Source: Candidatus Thorarchaeota archaeon
GTDB lineage: Archaea; Asgardarchaeota; Thorarchaeia; Thorarchaeales; Thorarchaeaceae
Length of the DNA stretch: 64,000 nt
Direction: 5' to 3'
Assembly (NCBI GenBank): GCA_016933575.1
Contig: JAFGAR010000101.1
Coordinates: forward strand, 1 to 64,000
Positions 1 through 8,703 of the stretch are shown in pieces (within the stretch, counting starts at the first letter, position 1; every line of letters begins with the position of its first letter). Under the pieces are notes generated by a model. The model ran no database searches. It was not told the origin of the DNA and saw only the letters and a program-made list of their open reading frames with translations. A program made the translations under genes and the position numbers.

Positions 1-489
1 TACGAAATTCCCCCTCCTACCACGATTTCCTGTGCTCTCGTTGCCTTCTGCGGTCCTACTCACTACTAGTTCTATGCGTTTGTCCCCCACTTTCGAAAAC
101 TTGAGAAGAGTTGAGGAAAGAGGTATAAAGCGTGTCAAAAAGAACATGGAGAAACGACCACACATTTGTTTACTTTTCGTGGCTTCTCAAATAAGGTTAG
201 AGAAAGGGAACTTTTGTGGGAACCTGTTGAATCTTAGATAGTGGTGAGAGCACAAGAATCAGCGAATCAGCGAATCTCCTGCAGTTTGGTACCCTTAAGA
301 TAAGCAATCAGTTCCCATTCTCCCCTCTTCTATGAGAATAGGCGCGTAAGGCCTTCTTTAATGCTAAAAAAATCAATCAATACATTGAATATTGTGGAAA
401 CATAGGATAGACGACTTCTAGGGTCTTCCTACAACATAAGTTGGAATCTGACATCACAAGGAGCACAGACCGAACAATCGAGGTGAGAG

Positions 490-1533
490 ATGCTAGTGAA
501 CAGATTCACAGAACTAGAGAGTGTGATGGGAGTTGGACCAGCTCTTGCGAAGAGGCTTCGGGAAGAACACATACCCTGCGCTGAAGTCCTTGCCTTTCTA
601 CCTCCCAAGCGGCTACTTGAGAGGGTGAAGGCAGGTGAAGGAACCACCCTGAAGGTCATTCAGAATACACGAGCCCTTCTTGGGCTTGATGAATCCCTGA
701 ATGGTCTGGAACGAGATGAGCAGTTACGGCAGGCTCAGAGACTGACCAGTGGAATAGACACCCTAGACCAGATGCTCATGGGTGGCTTCGAGACTGGTGC
801 AATCGTTGACTTCTATGGCCCAGCCCGTGGAGGAAAATCCCAGCTCTGTCATCAACTTGCTACAACGGTCCAGCTTCCAGAAACGAGGGGTGGATTGGAT
901 AGCGGCGTCATATGGCTCGACTCAGAGGGTTCCTTTCGTCCTCTCACCATACGTGCGAATGCTATGAGAATGGGGCTTGATCCAGAGCATGTCCTCTCCC
1001 AAATTCATGTCCAGAGGATCATCAATCGCAATCATCTAGTTGAATCGGTCTGGCGTCTCCCTGAACTGGTCCATACAGAGAATGTTTCCCTCATCATCGT
1101 TGATAGTCTTGGAAAGTTCTTTCGTACCGACTCAGAGTCCCTCGGTGAACACAAATGCAACATGATGGACCTCGAAGAGATCCTGACTATCCTTCAGGGA
1201 ATCGCAACAATGATGAAGTGTGTGGTCGTGGTGACAAACCAGGTCTATGAGAAGATCGAGACGTATGGTGGTAATCCCAACACCGCTGTGGGGGGACATC
1301 TTATGGCACATGCGGCAACCTACAGGTTCTACATAAGGCGGTTCAATAAGGATAGGCGAAAGATCTCCCTTGAGGACCACGCAGGGTTTCCAGAGTCAGA
1401 GATGGAGATGCAGATTGGCTGGGGCGGTCTCTTCTCATCTGACAGAGAGCGAAAAGCCATTGGTGGAGTTCTCTCTGACTACATCAACTCTCTTGGCTAC
1501 CCTGAAAAGGTGGAGGGTGAGAGTTTCTGTTGA
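490..1533 (+). CDS. RadA/Rad51-family recombinase paralog (divergent)
   Basis: N-terminal HhH (LESVMGVGPALAKRL), LTSG..LD.ML.GGFETG, Walker A GPARGGKSQ, DSEGSFRP, Walker B LIIVDS, VVVTNQV, GGHLMAHAAT; GAGGTGA RBS at ~480. Confidence 0.9.
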   Translation: MLVNRFTELESVMGVGPALAKRLREEHIPCAEVLAFLPPKRLLERVKAGEGTTLKVIQNTRALLGLDESLNGLERDEQLRQAQRLTSGIDTLDQMLMGGFETGAIVDFYGPARGGKSQLCHQLATTVQLPETRGGLDSGVIWLDSEGSFRPLTIRANAMRMGLDPEHVLSQIHVQRIINRNHLVESVWRLPELVHTENVSLIIVDSLGKFFRTDSESLGEHKCNMMDLEEILTILQGIATMMKCVVVVTNQVYEKIETYGGNPNTAVGGHLMAHAATYRFYIRRFNKDRRKISLEDHAGFPESEMEMQIGWGGLFSSDRERKAIGGVLSDYINSLGYPEKVEGESFC

Positions 1534-2615
1534 ATGATATTCTTGCTGAAACATGGTTTCGTATGTCGGAGTCCACGCCAGACAAGATTCTAGCAGAGAT
1601 ATACCTGCAGAATGCTCTGAAGATCTCTCCAGAACTTGTACAGAGGATACGATGCGCACGGACACGTGAGGAACTCTATGAACAGATAGAGAGTCGTAAC
1701 TATGCTTCTGCCTGCTCATCCCTTGAACTCCTCGTAGAGGCTCAGGGTTGGAAGGTAACTCACTCGCAGTTGATGGATCTCTGTGCTCAATCATTGCCTC
1801 TTCGGGAGCGTACTGGTGATGTTCTCCTCCATTTCTTCGGACTCTCAACACTCCTTGGTCTGGACATCGATCCAGTGGAAGCGTTCGCAAGCCTCTCAGG
1901 GAACGATGTGTCCTCTCTACAAGTCTGTGCCAGAGAGACTGTGTTCCCACTCTTCAAGGAGCAAGTTGCTCAGGGGAACACCTATTTTCTTGATGTTGAG
2001 CAACTTCAAGACCTACCCTTTCTGATGGTTCTTCCTAACATCCTGAGCAGACGTGAACAGGAGGTCCTCTCACTCTCTGAGACTCCATCACATAACGAGA
2101 TACTGCGCACATATTATGGATTTATTATCATGACAGCATCGTGGAATCTTGAGCAAGGTACTGAACGATTCGTCGAGCTATGCAGGACACTAGGGAAGAG
2201 GATAGAGGTACGTTCGAAACGATTGACCATCATGGACTATCTCTGGAAAGGCTTCTCTCCACGAATGCAGGTTCTACTAAAGAACACCGCACGACTGTGC
2301 CTGACCAAGTCTTCTGATGTACAGGAAGATGCGATTCGTATACTTGGAGAGACCGTTGATGTACGAGTCATACGTGTCCTTGAGGATGCTATAGAACACA
2401 TTCATGAGACCAGCGTAAGGAGAACACTCCACAAGACTCTGAAGGCTGTAGGCTGGAGTGACAGGGAGAAAGAGAAAGAACTCATTGAGCCCTACCTGAC
2501 CTCACAGACATTTGTCAGGAGTTGGGGTCCTGATCCTGAAGAGGAGTCTTATGAGAGACAGCTCTACGAAGAACCAGATGAGTATGATTACGATGATGAC
2601 TATGAATACTGGTGA
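1530..2615 (+). CDS. hypothetical helical protein with HEAT-like C-terminal segment and acidic/aromatic tail
   Basis: 361-aa ORF; TTG start overlaps the radA-like stop (TTGA); GGAGGGTGA RBS; VQEDAIRILGETVDVRVIRVL is HEAT-like. Confidence 0.7.
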   Translation: MNDILAETWFRMSESTPDKILAEIYLQNALKISPELVQRIRCARTREELYEQIESRNYASACSSLELLVEAQGWKVTHSQLMDLCAQSLPLRERTGDVLLHFFGLSTLLGLDIDPVEAFASLSGNDVSSLQVCARETVFPLFKEQVAQGNTYFLDVEQLQDLPFLMVLPNILSRREQEVLSLSETPSHNEILRTYYGFIIMTASWNLEQGTERFVELCRTLGKRIEVRSKRLTIMDYLWKGFSPRMQVLLKNTARLCLTKSSDVQEDAIRILGETVDVRVIRVLEDAIEHIHETSVRRTLHKTLKAVGWSDREKEKELIEPYLTSQTFVRSWGPDPEEESYERQLYEEPDEYDYDDDYEYW

Positions 2616-2791
2616 TAGTCTACGTGAGTCACTCTTGTGAAGAATCCCGCTCTATCCCTACTCTCTTAGACCGTGCCTGCGAGAGGAAGGCACTCACATC
2701 ATCATCCCACTAACCATCATCACGTAAGAGCCTGCTAAAGAGATAACGAGAGTATTTCAGGAAGGTTCACTTAAGACTTCAATGTGTGCGG

Positions 2792-3029
2792 ATGCTATCT
2801 GGGGGTCTGAAACTGCCAAAGAAACTAAAATATTGGGACTCGTGGAGAGGTCAGATTCTTCACGCAATGATCATTGACAAAGCGGTCATATGGGTAGATG
2901 TCAGAACTCAATCCGGACTTGAAGAATGTTGAGAAATGGTGGAGATTAGCTCCGTCTAACGATGAACGAAAAAGATCAAGACTTGACAAATACTTCTCTA
3001 GAAAGTTAAAGAATGACGAGGAGTCTTAA
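2792..3029 (+). pseudogene. two short overlapping ORFs (2792-2932, 46 aa; 2898-3029, 43 aa); gene relic or small proteins
   Basis: manual translation: MLSGGLKLPKKLKYWDSWRGQILHAMIIDKAVIWVDVRTQSGLEEC and MSELNPDLKNVEKWWRLAPSNDERKRSRLDKYFSRKLKNDEES. Confidence 0.3.
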
Positions 3030-3059
3030 GATAAGACTCCTAATGAATAGAAAAAAAAA
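3019..3059. terminator. hairpin plus oligo-T (minus strand) downstream of rubredoxin
   Basis: AGGAGTCTTA-aga-TAAGACTCCT perfect 10-bp stem; A-run at 3051-3059. Confidence 0.6.
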
Positions 3060-3066
3060 TATTTGT

Positions 3067-3231
3067 TCAATCTTCTATCAATTCAAAGTCTTCCTTAGCA
3101 GCGCCACACATGGGACATACCCAATCGTCGGGCAGGTCTTCCCATTTGGTTCCAGCTTCAACACCACTGTCTAGGTCGCCGACTTCCTCGTCATAGATCC
3201 AACCACAGACCATGCATTCATACTTTGCCAT
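3067..3231 (-). CDS. rub: rubredoxin
   Basis: [15 protein letters not shown]...[12 protein letters not shown], two CxxC motifs, 54 aa. Confidence 0.97.
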   Translation of the reverse strand: MAKYECMVCGWIYDEEVGDLDSGVEAGTKWEDLPDDWVCPMCGAAKEDFELIED

Positions 3232-3384
3232 TTTAGTATCTCCGAATGTGTTCTTCTTCATTTGGTATGGTCAACGACCATACTGGTAGTTTAGAGAATC
3301 TTAGCACTTTGTGTTAAAAGCCTTCTCTTATAATATCAAATGAGGGGGAGTGAGTCTGCAAACTCATTGCTCCCTCAAATTTGC

Positions 3385-4629
3385 TTATTCCTCTGAATCT
3401 GATTCAATCTCATTATCATCAAACATAGTATCTGACGAATCCTCAGGTTCAGTGATATCCTCTTCATCGACTGAGTCTTCTTCTGGAATAGATACCTCTT
3501 CCTCTTCAGGTTCCTCAGCAGTTTCCTCAGGTTCACTGATTGGCTCTTCAGGCGCTGGTTCTTTTTCACCTTCCTTTCGAACTCTCCGGATGAAAAGAAG
3601 CTCCATTACAAGTGCGACAAATGGAAATACGAATAATTTAATGACATCAGGTATCCTCTCACCAACCAGACCGCCAGAAAGAGTTCCGAACAATGATTGG
3701 ACAACCAAATATCCAGATGCAAAGAAGAAAGTGATAGTGGCCGCTAGCTCACTCGATATCTTCAATCTCGTATCTAGATGTGCTCGACTGGCTAATGTGA
3801 GACCAACCGAACTCATAGCATAGAGAATAAAGAAGATAGATATTCCAGCATCGATTACAAGTGAGAACAAGTCAATGGATGCACTTGCAGGTTTTAGAAT
3901 ATTATAGAGGAAGTAGGCAACGTAAGCTGCTATGAAAAGACCAAGAAGAGCAAGATTATCAACAGTTACCTTCTTGCGTTCTCTAAGCATAATAAAACCG
4001 TTCAAGAAGTTGAATCCAACAGCAAGTAAGGTTCCTATGAAGGCAGCTCCTACGATTCCTAAATCATAGTCAATTGGCAAGGTACTTGTTGTATACCAAA
4101 TCCACAATATTATGAAAGCACCTACAATTACTACGTAACTCACTATATGCAATATTCCAAACAAGAAAGCGACTATTTTTGATCTGTTCTTGATTTGAAC
4201 GCTTTCAGCGTAGCCTAGTGCAGTCCTTGATGAGAGATACGCTTGGAATCCTATCCAACCTAGGAAGGAAACTCCTACCATTATCCAGAAGACCATTCCT
4301 GTTATCCATAACAAGAGATACACGATAGCGCTGATGATTATCCAGATTAAGAAGAATCCAAAGGACTTCCTATACGATTCATCACTGGCAACAAACCGTT
4401 GGAGTCCTAACAGTGATAGAAATGCAGTTATCATGAAGAATGTTGGAAATATTCCACCAATAACTGCGATGAAACCTCCTGCCAAAACTGGGAAGAATGT
4501 TCCTAACTCTCTAAATCCAAGTACAAAGACAGCTGATAGAATGAAAATTAAAAAGAACCATCTTAATCTCTTCGATTGAAAGAACAACTTTAGTCCATTG
4601 CTAAACCGAGTCAGAACTGGAATTTCCAC
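3385..4629 (-). CDS. polytopic membrane protein with acidic C-terminal tail
   Basis: about 10 hydrophobic segments, then a ~60-aa E/D/P-rich tail; AGGAGG RBS. Confidence 0.75.
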   Translation of the reverse strand: MEIPVLTRFSNGLKLFFQSKRLRWFFLIFILSAVFVLGFRELGTFFPVLAGGFIAVIGGIFPTFFMITAFLSLLGLQRFVASDESYRKSFGFFLIWIIISAIVYLLLWITGMVFWIMVGVSFLGWIGFQAYLSSRTALGYAESVQIKNRSKIVAFLFGILHIVSYVVIVGAFIILWIWYTTSTLPIDYDLGIVGAAFIGTLLAVGFNFLNGFIMLRERKKVTVDNLALLGLFIAAYVAYFLYNILKPASASIDLFSLVIDAGISIFFILYAMSSVGLTLASRAHLDTRLKISSELAATITFFFASGYLVVQSLFGTLSGGLVGERIPDVIKLFVFPFVALVMELLFIRRVRKEGEKEPAPEEPISEPEETAEEPEEEEVSIPEEDSVDEEDITEPEDSSDTMFDDNEIESDSEE

Positions 4630-4670
4630 GCATAATTCCTCCTAGGATGATTGTGTTGAATGATGCTCTA

Positions 4671-5144
4671 CTATTTATGTTTGAGCACATAAACTATTTC
4701 TTCTTCAAGTGTTGCTTTTACAGTTGGTTTCTCGATGAGGGTTCCAAGTTTTTTCCCGGCATTATCGAAGAATTCGAACCACGGAATTGCTGTTGCACCC
4801 CACTCGTTGATCTCCGGAGGTGAAGGGGGAACTCTCCACTTGACTGCTTTGTTCAATGGGTCAGTCTTGATTTCTCCAAATACCATCACATCAAGCCCAA
4901 GTTCTTCCTCCAGATGGAGCATGACTGGCATTGCCAGTTTACAGTCGCCACACCAAGCAGCACTGAAAACAACGACTTTGAGATTATCAACCATTGGTTC
5001 AAGTTCTTTTATCGCTTCTATATTAAGATTGTATTCCTCATATGCCTCTAGAACGATGTCTCTATCCTTATCTGATAGAGCATCAACATACCCACGTACA
5101 TTAGTGGATCTTTTTCTAATATCCTCAAAGTCTATCATAATCAT
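4671..5144 (-). CDS. thioredoxin-family protein
   Basis: VVVFSAAWCGDC motif, AIPWFEF cis-Pro segment. Confidence 0.85.
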   Translation of the reverse strand: MIMIDFEDIRKRSTNVRGYVDALSDKDRDIVLEAYEEYNLNIEAIKELEPMVDNLKVVVFSAAWCGDCKLAMPVMLHLEEELGLDVMVFGEIKTDPLNKAVKWRVPPSPPEINEWGATAIPWFEFFDNAGKKLGTLIEKPTVKATLEEEIVYVLKHK

Positions 5145-5247
5145 TTGAGACTCATCATTGTCTTTCTAAACCCTTCGATTAGCAATATCTCGACACGAGT
5201 AATCCTGATAAGAGACCTGAACAAAGAATACAGGGACTAGTTACTAG

Positions 5248-5790
5248 GTGAAGCAGTTGGCAGCTGAGTTATACAAGGCAATCATTGTAGGCGCACCCTC
5301 TGTAGGCAAGTCAAGCCTTGTTCGAAGATATCAGACCGGTGAGTTTAGAGAGACCCATACCGCAACAATTGCCGCAGACCTGAGTGCGATAGCATTCGAT
5401 TTTCCTGAAGGAAAAGTTGTCCTCACAGTGATTGATGTGGGTGGTCAAGAGACCTTTGCAGCGCTTCGGAATACGTTCTATGTTGGCTCACATCATGTGA
5501 TCTTTGTCTATGATATGACAAACAAGGAGACCTTCAGACGCATCACTCCTCTGTACGAGGCATTGAATGATAAGATATGTATTCAGGGAGACCGCCACCT
5601 AGCAGGTTCGCTTGTTGCGAATAAGGCCGACCTTCGTTCAGAGGCTGTAATAGACGAGAAAGAGGGTCGTATGATGGCTAATCTTTTGCATCTGGAATAT
5701 TTCGAGACCTCAGCTCTCACTGGAGATAGTGTATCTGAGATGTTTCACTTTGCAGCGGCAGAGTCAAGAAGACTCCACCGCCGTTCGTGA
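5248..5790 (+). CDS. Ras/Rab-like small GTPase
   Basis: G1 GAPSVGKS, G2 T, G3 DVGGQ, G4 NKAD, G5 ETSAL. Confidence 0.92.
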   Translation: MKQLAAELYKAIIVGAPSVGKSSLVRRYQTGEFRETHTATIAADLSAIAFDFPEGKVVLTVIDVGGQETFAALRNTFYVGSHHVIFVYDMTNKETFRRITPLYEALNDKICIQGDRHLAGSLVANKADLRSEAVIDEKEGRMMANLLHLEYFETSALTGDSVSEMFHFAAAESRRLHRRS

Positions 5791-5793
5791 TAT

Positions 5794-7173
5794 CTACTGA
5801 GTTGCTGCAGTCATTCTGCAGTCTCTTATTCTCATTGTTGGGAGTACTGTTGGAGTTCGAACCTCCCACCAGAAGATCTGAGTGCGGTCATTTCCAAGTG
5901 CATCGATGTTGGCGAACATCCTCATTGTATTATCACTGATTCTCATGTTCTTTATCGGTTTCATCTCTCCCTTCTCAATGAGAAACATTGCATCTCGCGG
6001 AATAGTAGAGAAATCCCCTGTCTGTTGATTCTGGAATCGCGAATACCAGTTACAGGTGACATAGATCGTTGGTCTACTGACATCCAGTAATTCATCCATA
6101 TTATGGTCACCATTCTTAAAGACAATGTTGGAGGGTCCTGGAAGGAGCATTCTCATCCCCATACCCATCTGTGCAAGTCTTGAACTGCCTGTACTCTCGG
6201 CTTCAAACATCCTTGCTGTAGTGGTGTTATGGATCAGTTGCTTAAGGACACCTTTGTCGACGATTGTGATGGTTCTGCTTGGCGTTCCCTCCCAGTCAAA
6301 GTTTGTGCTATTTAGACCTCCTTTGAACAAGGGGTCTTCATACGCAGTCACAAATTCTGGTGCTATCTGTTCGCCCATTCTATCTTGGAGCGGGGATGCA
6401 GCCATCATGATGAGAAATGGATTCGCTTGACCCGGAATTCTACCCAGTACATTAGCAGCAACTGTTGGACTCAAAATGAGGTCATAAATTCCTGGTTTTC
6501 CTTGAACTGCACCAATTGCCTGTTTGGAGAGACGTCCAGCTTTAGCTCCAGCATCAAGCATATCTTTCTCTGATTTGGATGGTTGAGTTCCGCAATCCAG
6601 TCCTTGGCCTGAGTAATCAAGTTCGTTTTGCAGGGCTCTTACATTAAGGTCATAGGCAGTACTCTTTCCTTCGCCTTCGGGACCCAGACTTGAACGAAAG
6701 AAGAAATGCTCTTCCCTTATCATGAGAGCTCCCGCAACTCTCTTAGCTCCTTCTTGTAACGCCTGGTCTACGACCGAATTGATGACCTCAGGAGAACTCT
6801 CAGTGAAGTCATCGATTTTCGAATCGTATTGTCCATTCAATTCTGGATAGGATTGAACCTTATCTTCAACACCTGCAAAGAACATAGAATCGGGTAATAT
6901 CTCAGAAAATGTTACGACATCATCAACAGCCTTTTTCACATCTGAGACTGAAGAGACTGGTCGGACCGTGGAGCCTGTCTTCTTACCCTTGACTAGAACA
7001 AACAACTCAAGCTGCAGGCTGTTCCATCTCTTACTGATATCAATCGAGCTCTGAGAGAATCTAATCTGTGAATCCTGTGCTGCATTTACTCTTGCTATGA
7101 TGACATCTGTCTTTGTCTTTCCATAATCAATGGCTTCATCTACAAGGGTCTTCAATCGCTCTCCTGTGTCCAT
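5794..7173 (-). CDS. pmbA: TldE/PmbA family protein
   Basis: SQIRFSQS, FDWEGTPS, GDFSTIPR motifs; no HExxxH; ATG at 7173 overlaps the tldD stop (TAATG). Confidence 0.85.
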   Translation of the reverse strand: MDTGERLKTLVDEAIDYGKTKTDVIIARVNAAQDSQIRFSQSSIDISKRWNSLQLELFVLVKGKKTGSTVRPVSSVSDVKKAVDDVVTFSEILPDSMFFAGVEDKVQSYPELNGQYDSKIDDFTESSPEVINSVVDQALQEGAKRVAGALMIREEHFFFRSSLGPEGEGKSTAYDLNVRALQNELDYSGQGLDCGTQPSKSEKDMLDAGAKAGRLSKQAIGAVQGKPGIYDLILSPTVAANVLGRIPGQANPFLIMMAASPLQDRMGEQIAPEFVTAYEDPLFKGGLNSTNFDWEGTPSRTITIVDKGVLKQLIHNTTTARMFEAESTGSSRLAQMGMGMRMLLPGPSNIVFKNGDHNMDELLDVSRPTIYVTCNWYSRFQNQQTGDFSTIPRDAMFLIEKGEMKPIKNMRISDNTMRMFANIDALGNDRTQIFWWEVRTPTVLPTMRIRDCRMTAATQ

Positions 7174-8615
7174 TAGCCAACACCTCCTAGTCTGATGCCT
7201 CGGAATCGAATATCGCCTCCTCCTGCGTAGACTGGTACTCCTTGAGATGGATCGCTCTTCCCACATGTTCCTGGAAAATCAAATCTCAGATTCTTTGACA
7301 CACCATCAACAGCGCTGAGTAGTCCAACGCTAGTAGTTTCCATTACAGGTCTCTTGACCATTGTTTCAGTTATCTCACCATTCCTAATGAGATACGCTTC
7401 AGAGCCTGTGTACTTGGACTGATATCGCCTATCGTCTATATTCCATTCTTGGAAACTACGCATGAATACTCCAAGCTTTACATCCTCGACAAGTTCTTCG
7501 AATGTGAAATCACCTGGTTCAAAATAGGTGTTAGCCATTCTTATGATAGGTTCTCTATTGTAACCAGAAGCTCGAGCTGCTCCGTTTGATTCGGTGCCAA
7601 ATCTTACGCCAAATTCCCTATTAAGAAGAGGTTCATTTATGATCCCATTCTTAATGAGTTCACGTTTTCTTGACTTGACTCCTTCATCATCATACTCATA
7701 GTATCCTGATGTCTTCTCAATGGTGGGATTCTCACTCACATTGACAATATCTGATCCAACTCGAGACTCTCCAATCTTTAGGTCTCTCCAGAAACTCTCA
7801 CCAGCTTGAGCACCTTCTCGACCCATGATACGGTCTCCTTCACTCGGATGGCCGACATTCTCATGAGCGATTATTCCTGCAACCTCAGGTCCCACAATCA
7901 TATCTATTGGTTGACTCATGAGTTCGTCTAATTTCTGTGAGGTTTCAGCTGCTCTCCGTAACCTGTTTACCTCATCCTTAAGGTTCTCCAGTAGATTCGT
8001 TTCTTCAATCCTTTCCCAACCCCCTGCGAGGGTGAGGTCAAGATACTTCTGTTCTGAACCGCCTGGTGCTTGAGCTGTCAGTGTTGTGAACATTCTTAGG
8101 TATGAAAGATATCCTTCAATTTGAGTTCCCTCACTGGTCACAATATATTTGTCAATGACACTTGGATTCAACATAAACATGAACGCTGCAAGGCCTTCCA
8201 TCTGCTTATTTGCATCCTTAGCGAAATCCATCATCACATCTATGGTGACATCCTCAAGTGGTTCTTTCGCCTTGACTCGCCATTTGGCTTTGTTAGCAAT
8301 TGGCTCTCCAAGATCAATCGGAACTTTTCGTTTTGCATTCTTTGCCATCTTATAGGCAGCTCGGATTGAGTCTTCTGCTAGACTACGCTCAAGCCTATCA
8401 AATGCGGCAAAGCCTATATTTCCATTAGCCAGAACCCTGACACCAATGCCTGAAGAGGGAGAGAAACCTCCTGATACAGGTTCACCATTCCGATATGCCA
8501 GACCCTTGGTTGTATCTTTTACATAACGAGCTTCGACGAAGCTGCATCCAAGACTCTGACCGAATTCCACACAATAATCTGCTAATTCCTTCCCATTATT
8601 CATCGTAGACGCCAT
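7173..8615 (-). CDS. tldD: TldD metalloprotease
   Basis: HENVGHPSEGD zinc motif, YDDEGV, RMANTY, GTCGK. Confidence 0.92.
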   Translation of the reverse strand: MASTMNNGKELADYCVEFGQSLGCSFVEARYVKDTTKGLAYRNGEPVSGGFSPSSGIGVRVLANGNIGFAAFDRLERSLAEDSIRAAYKMAKNAKRKVPIDLGEPIANKAKWRVKAKEPLEDVTIDVMMDFAKDANKQMEGLAAFMFMLNPSVIDKYIVTSEGTQIEGYLSYLRMFTTLTAQAPGGSEQKYLDLTLAGGWERIEETNLLENLKDEVNRLRRAAETSQKLDELMSQPIDMIVGPEVAGIIAHENVGHPSEGDRIMGREGAQAGESFWRDLKIGESRVGSDIVNVSENPTIEKTSGYYEYDDEGVKSRKRELIKNGIINEPLLNREFGVRFGTESNGAARASGYNREPIIRMANTYFEPGDFTFEELVEDVKLGVFMRSFQEWNIDDRRYQSKYTGSEAYLIRNGEITETMVKRPVMETTSVGLLSAVDGVSKNLRFDFPGTCGKSDPSQGVPVYAGGGDIRFRGIRLGGVG

Positions 8616-8703
8616 TTCTCAATTTACCTATCCTAATGATAAAACCTCTGAACGACGTACAATAGACTTAAAGTGCATTGACTTTTGATTTATATTTGGA
8701 CAG

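Noticed and set aside
256-276. GAATCAGC tandem repeat (about 2.6 copies)
   Set aside because: Too short, no spacers; not a CRISPR or iteron array
3067-5144. Possible selenocysteine (TGA) recoding in the redox genes
   Set aside because: Rubredoxin and thioredoxin motifs use ordinary Cys codons and the ORFs are complete
5794-8615. TldD/TldE as part of a RiPP cluster
   Set aside because: No precursor peptide or YcaO/radical SAM gene nearby; the pair is common in archaea
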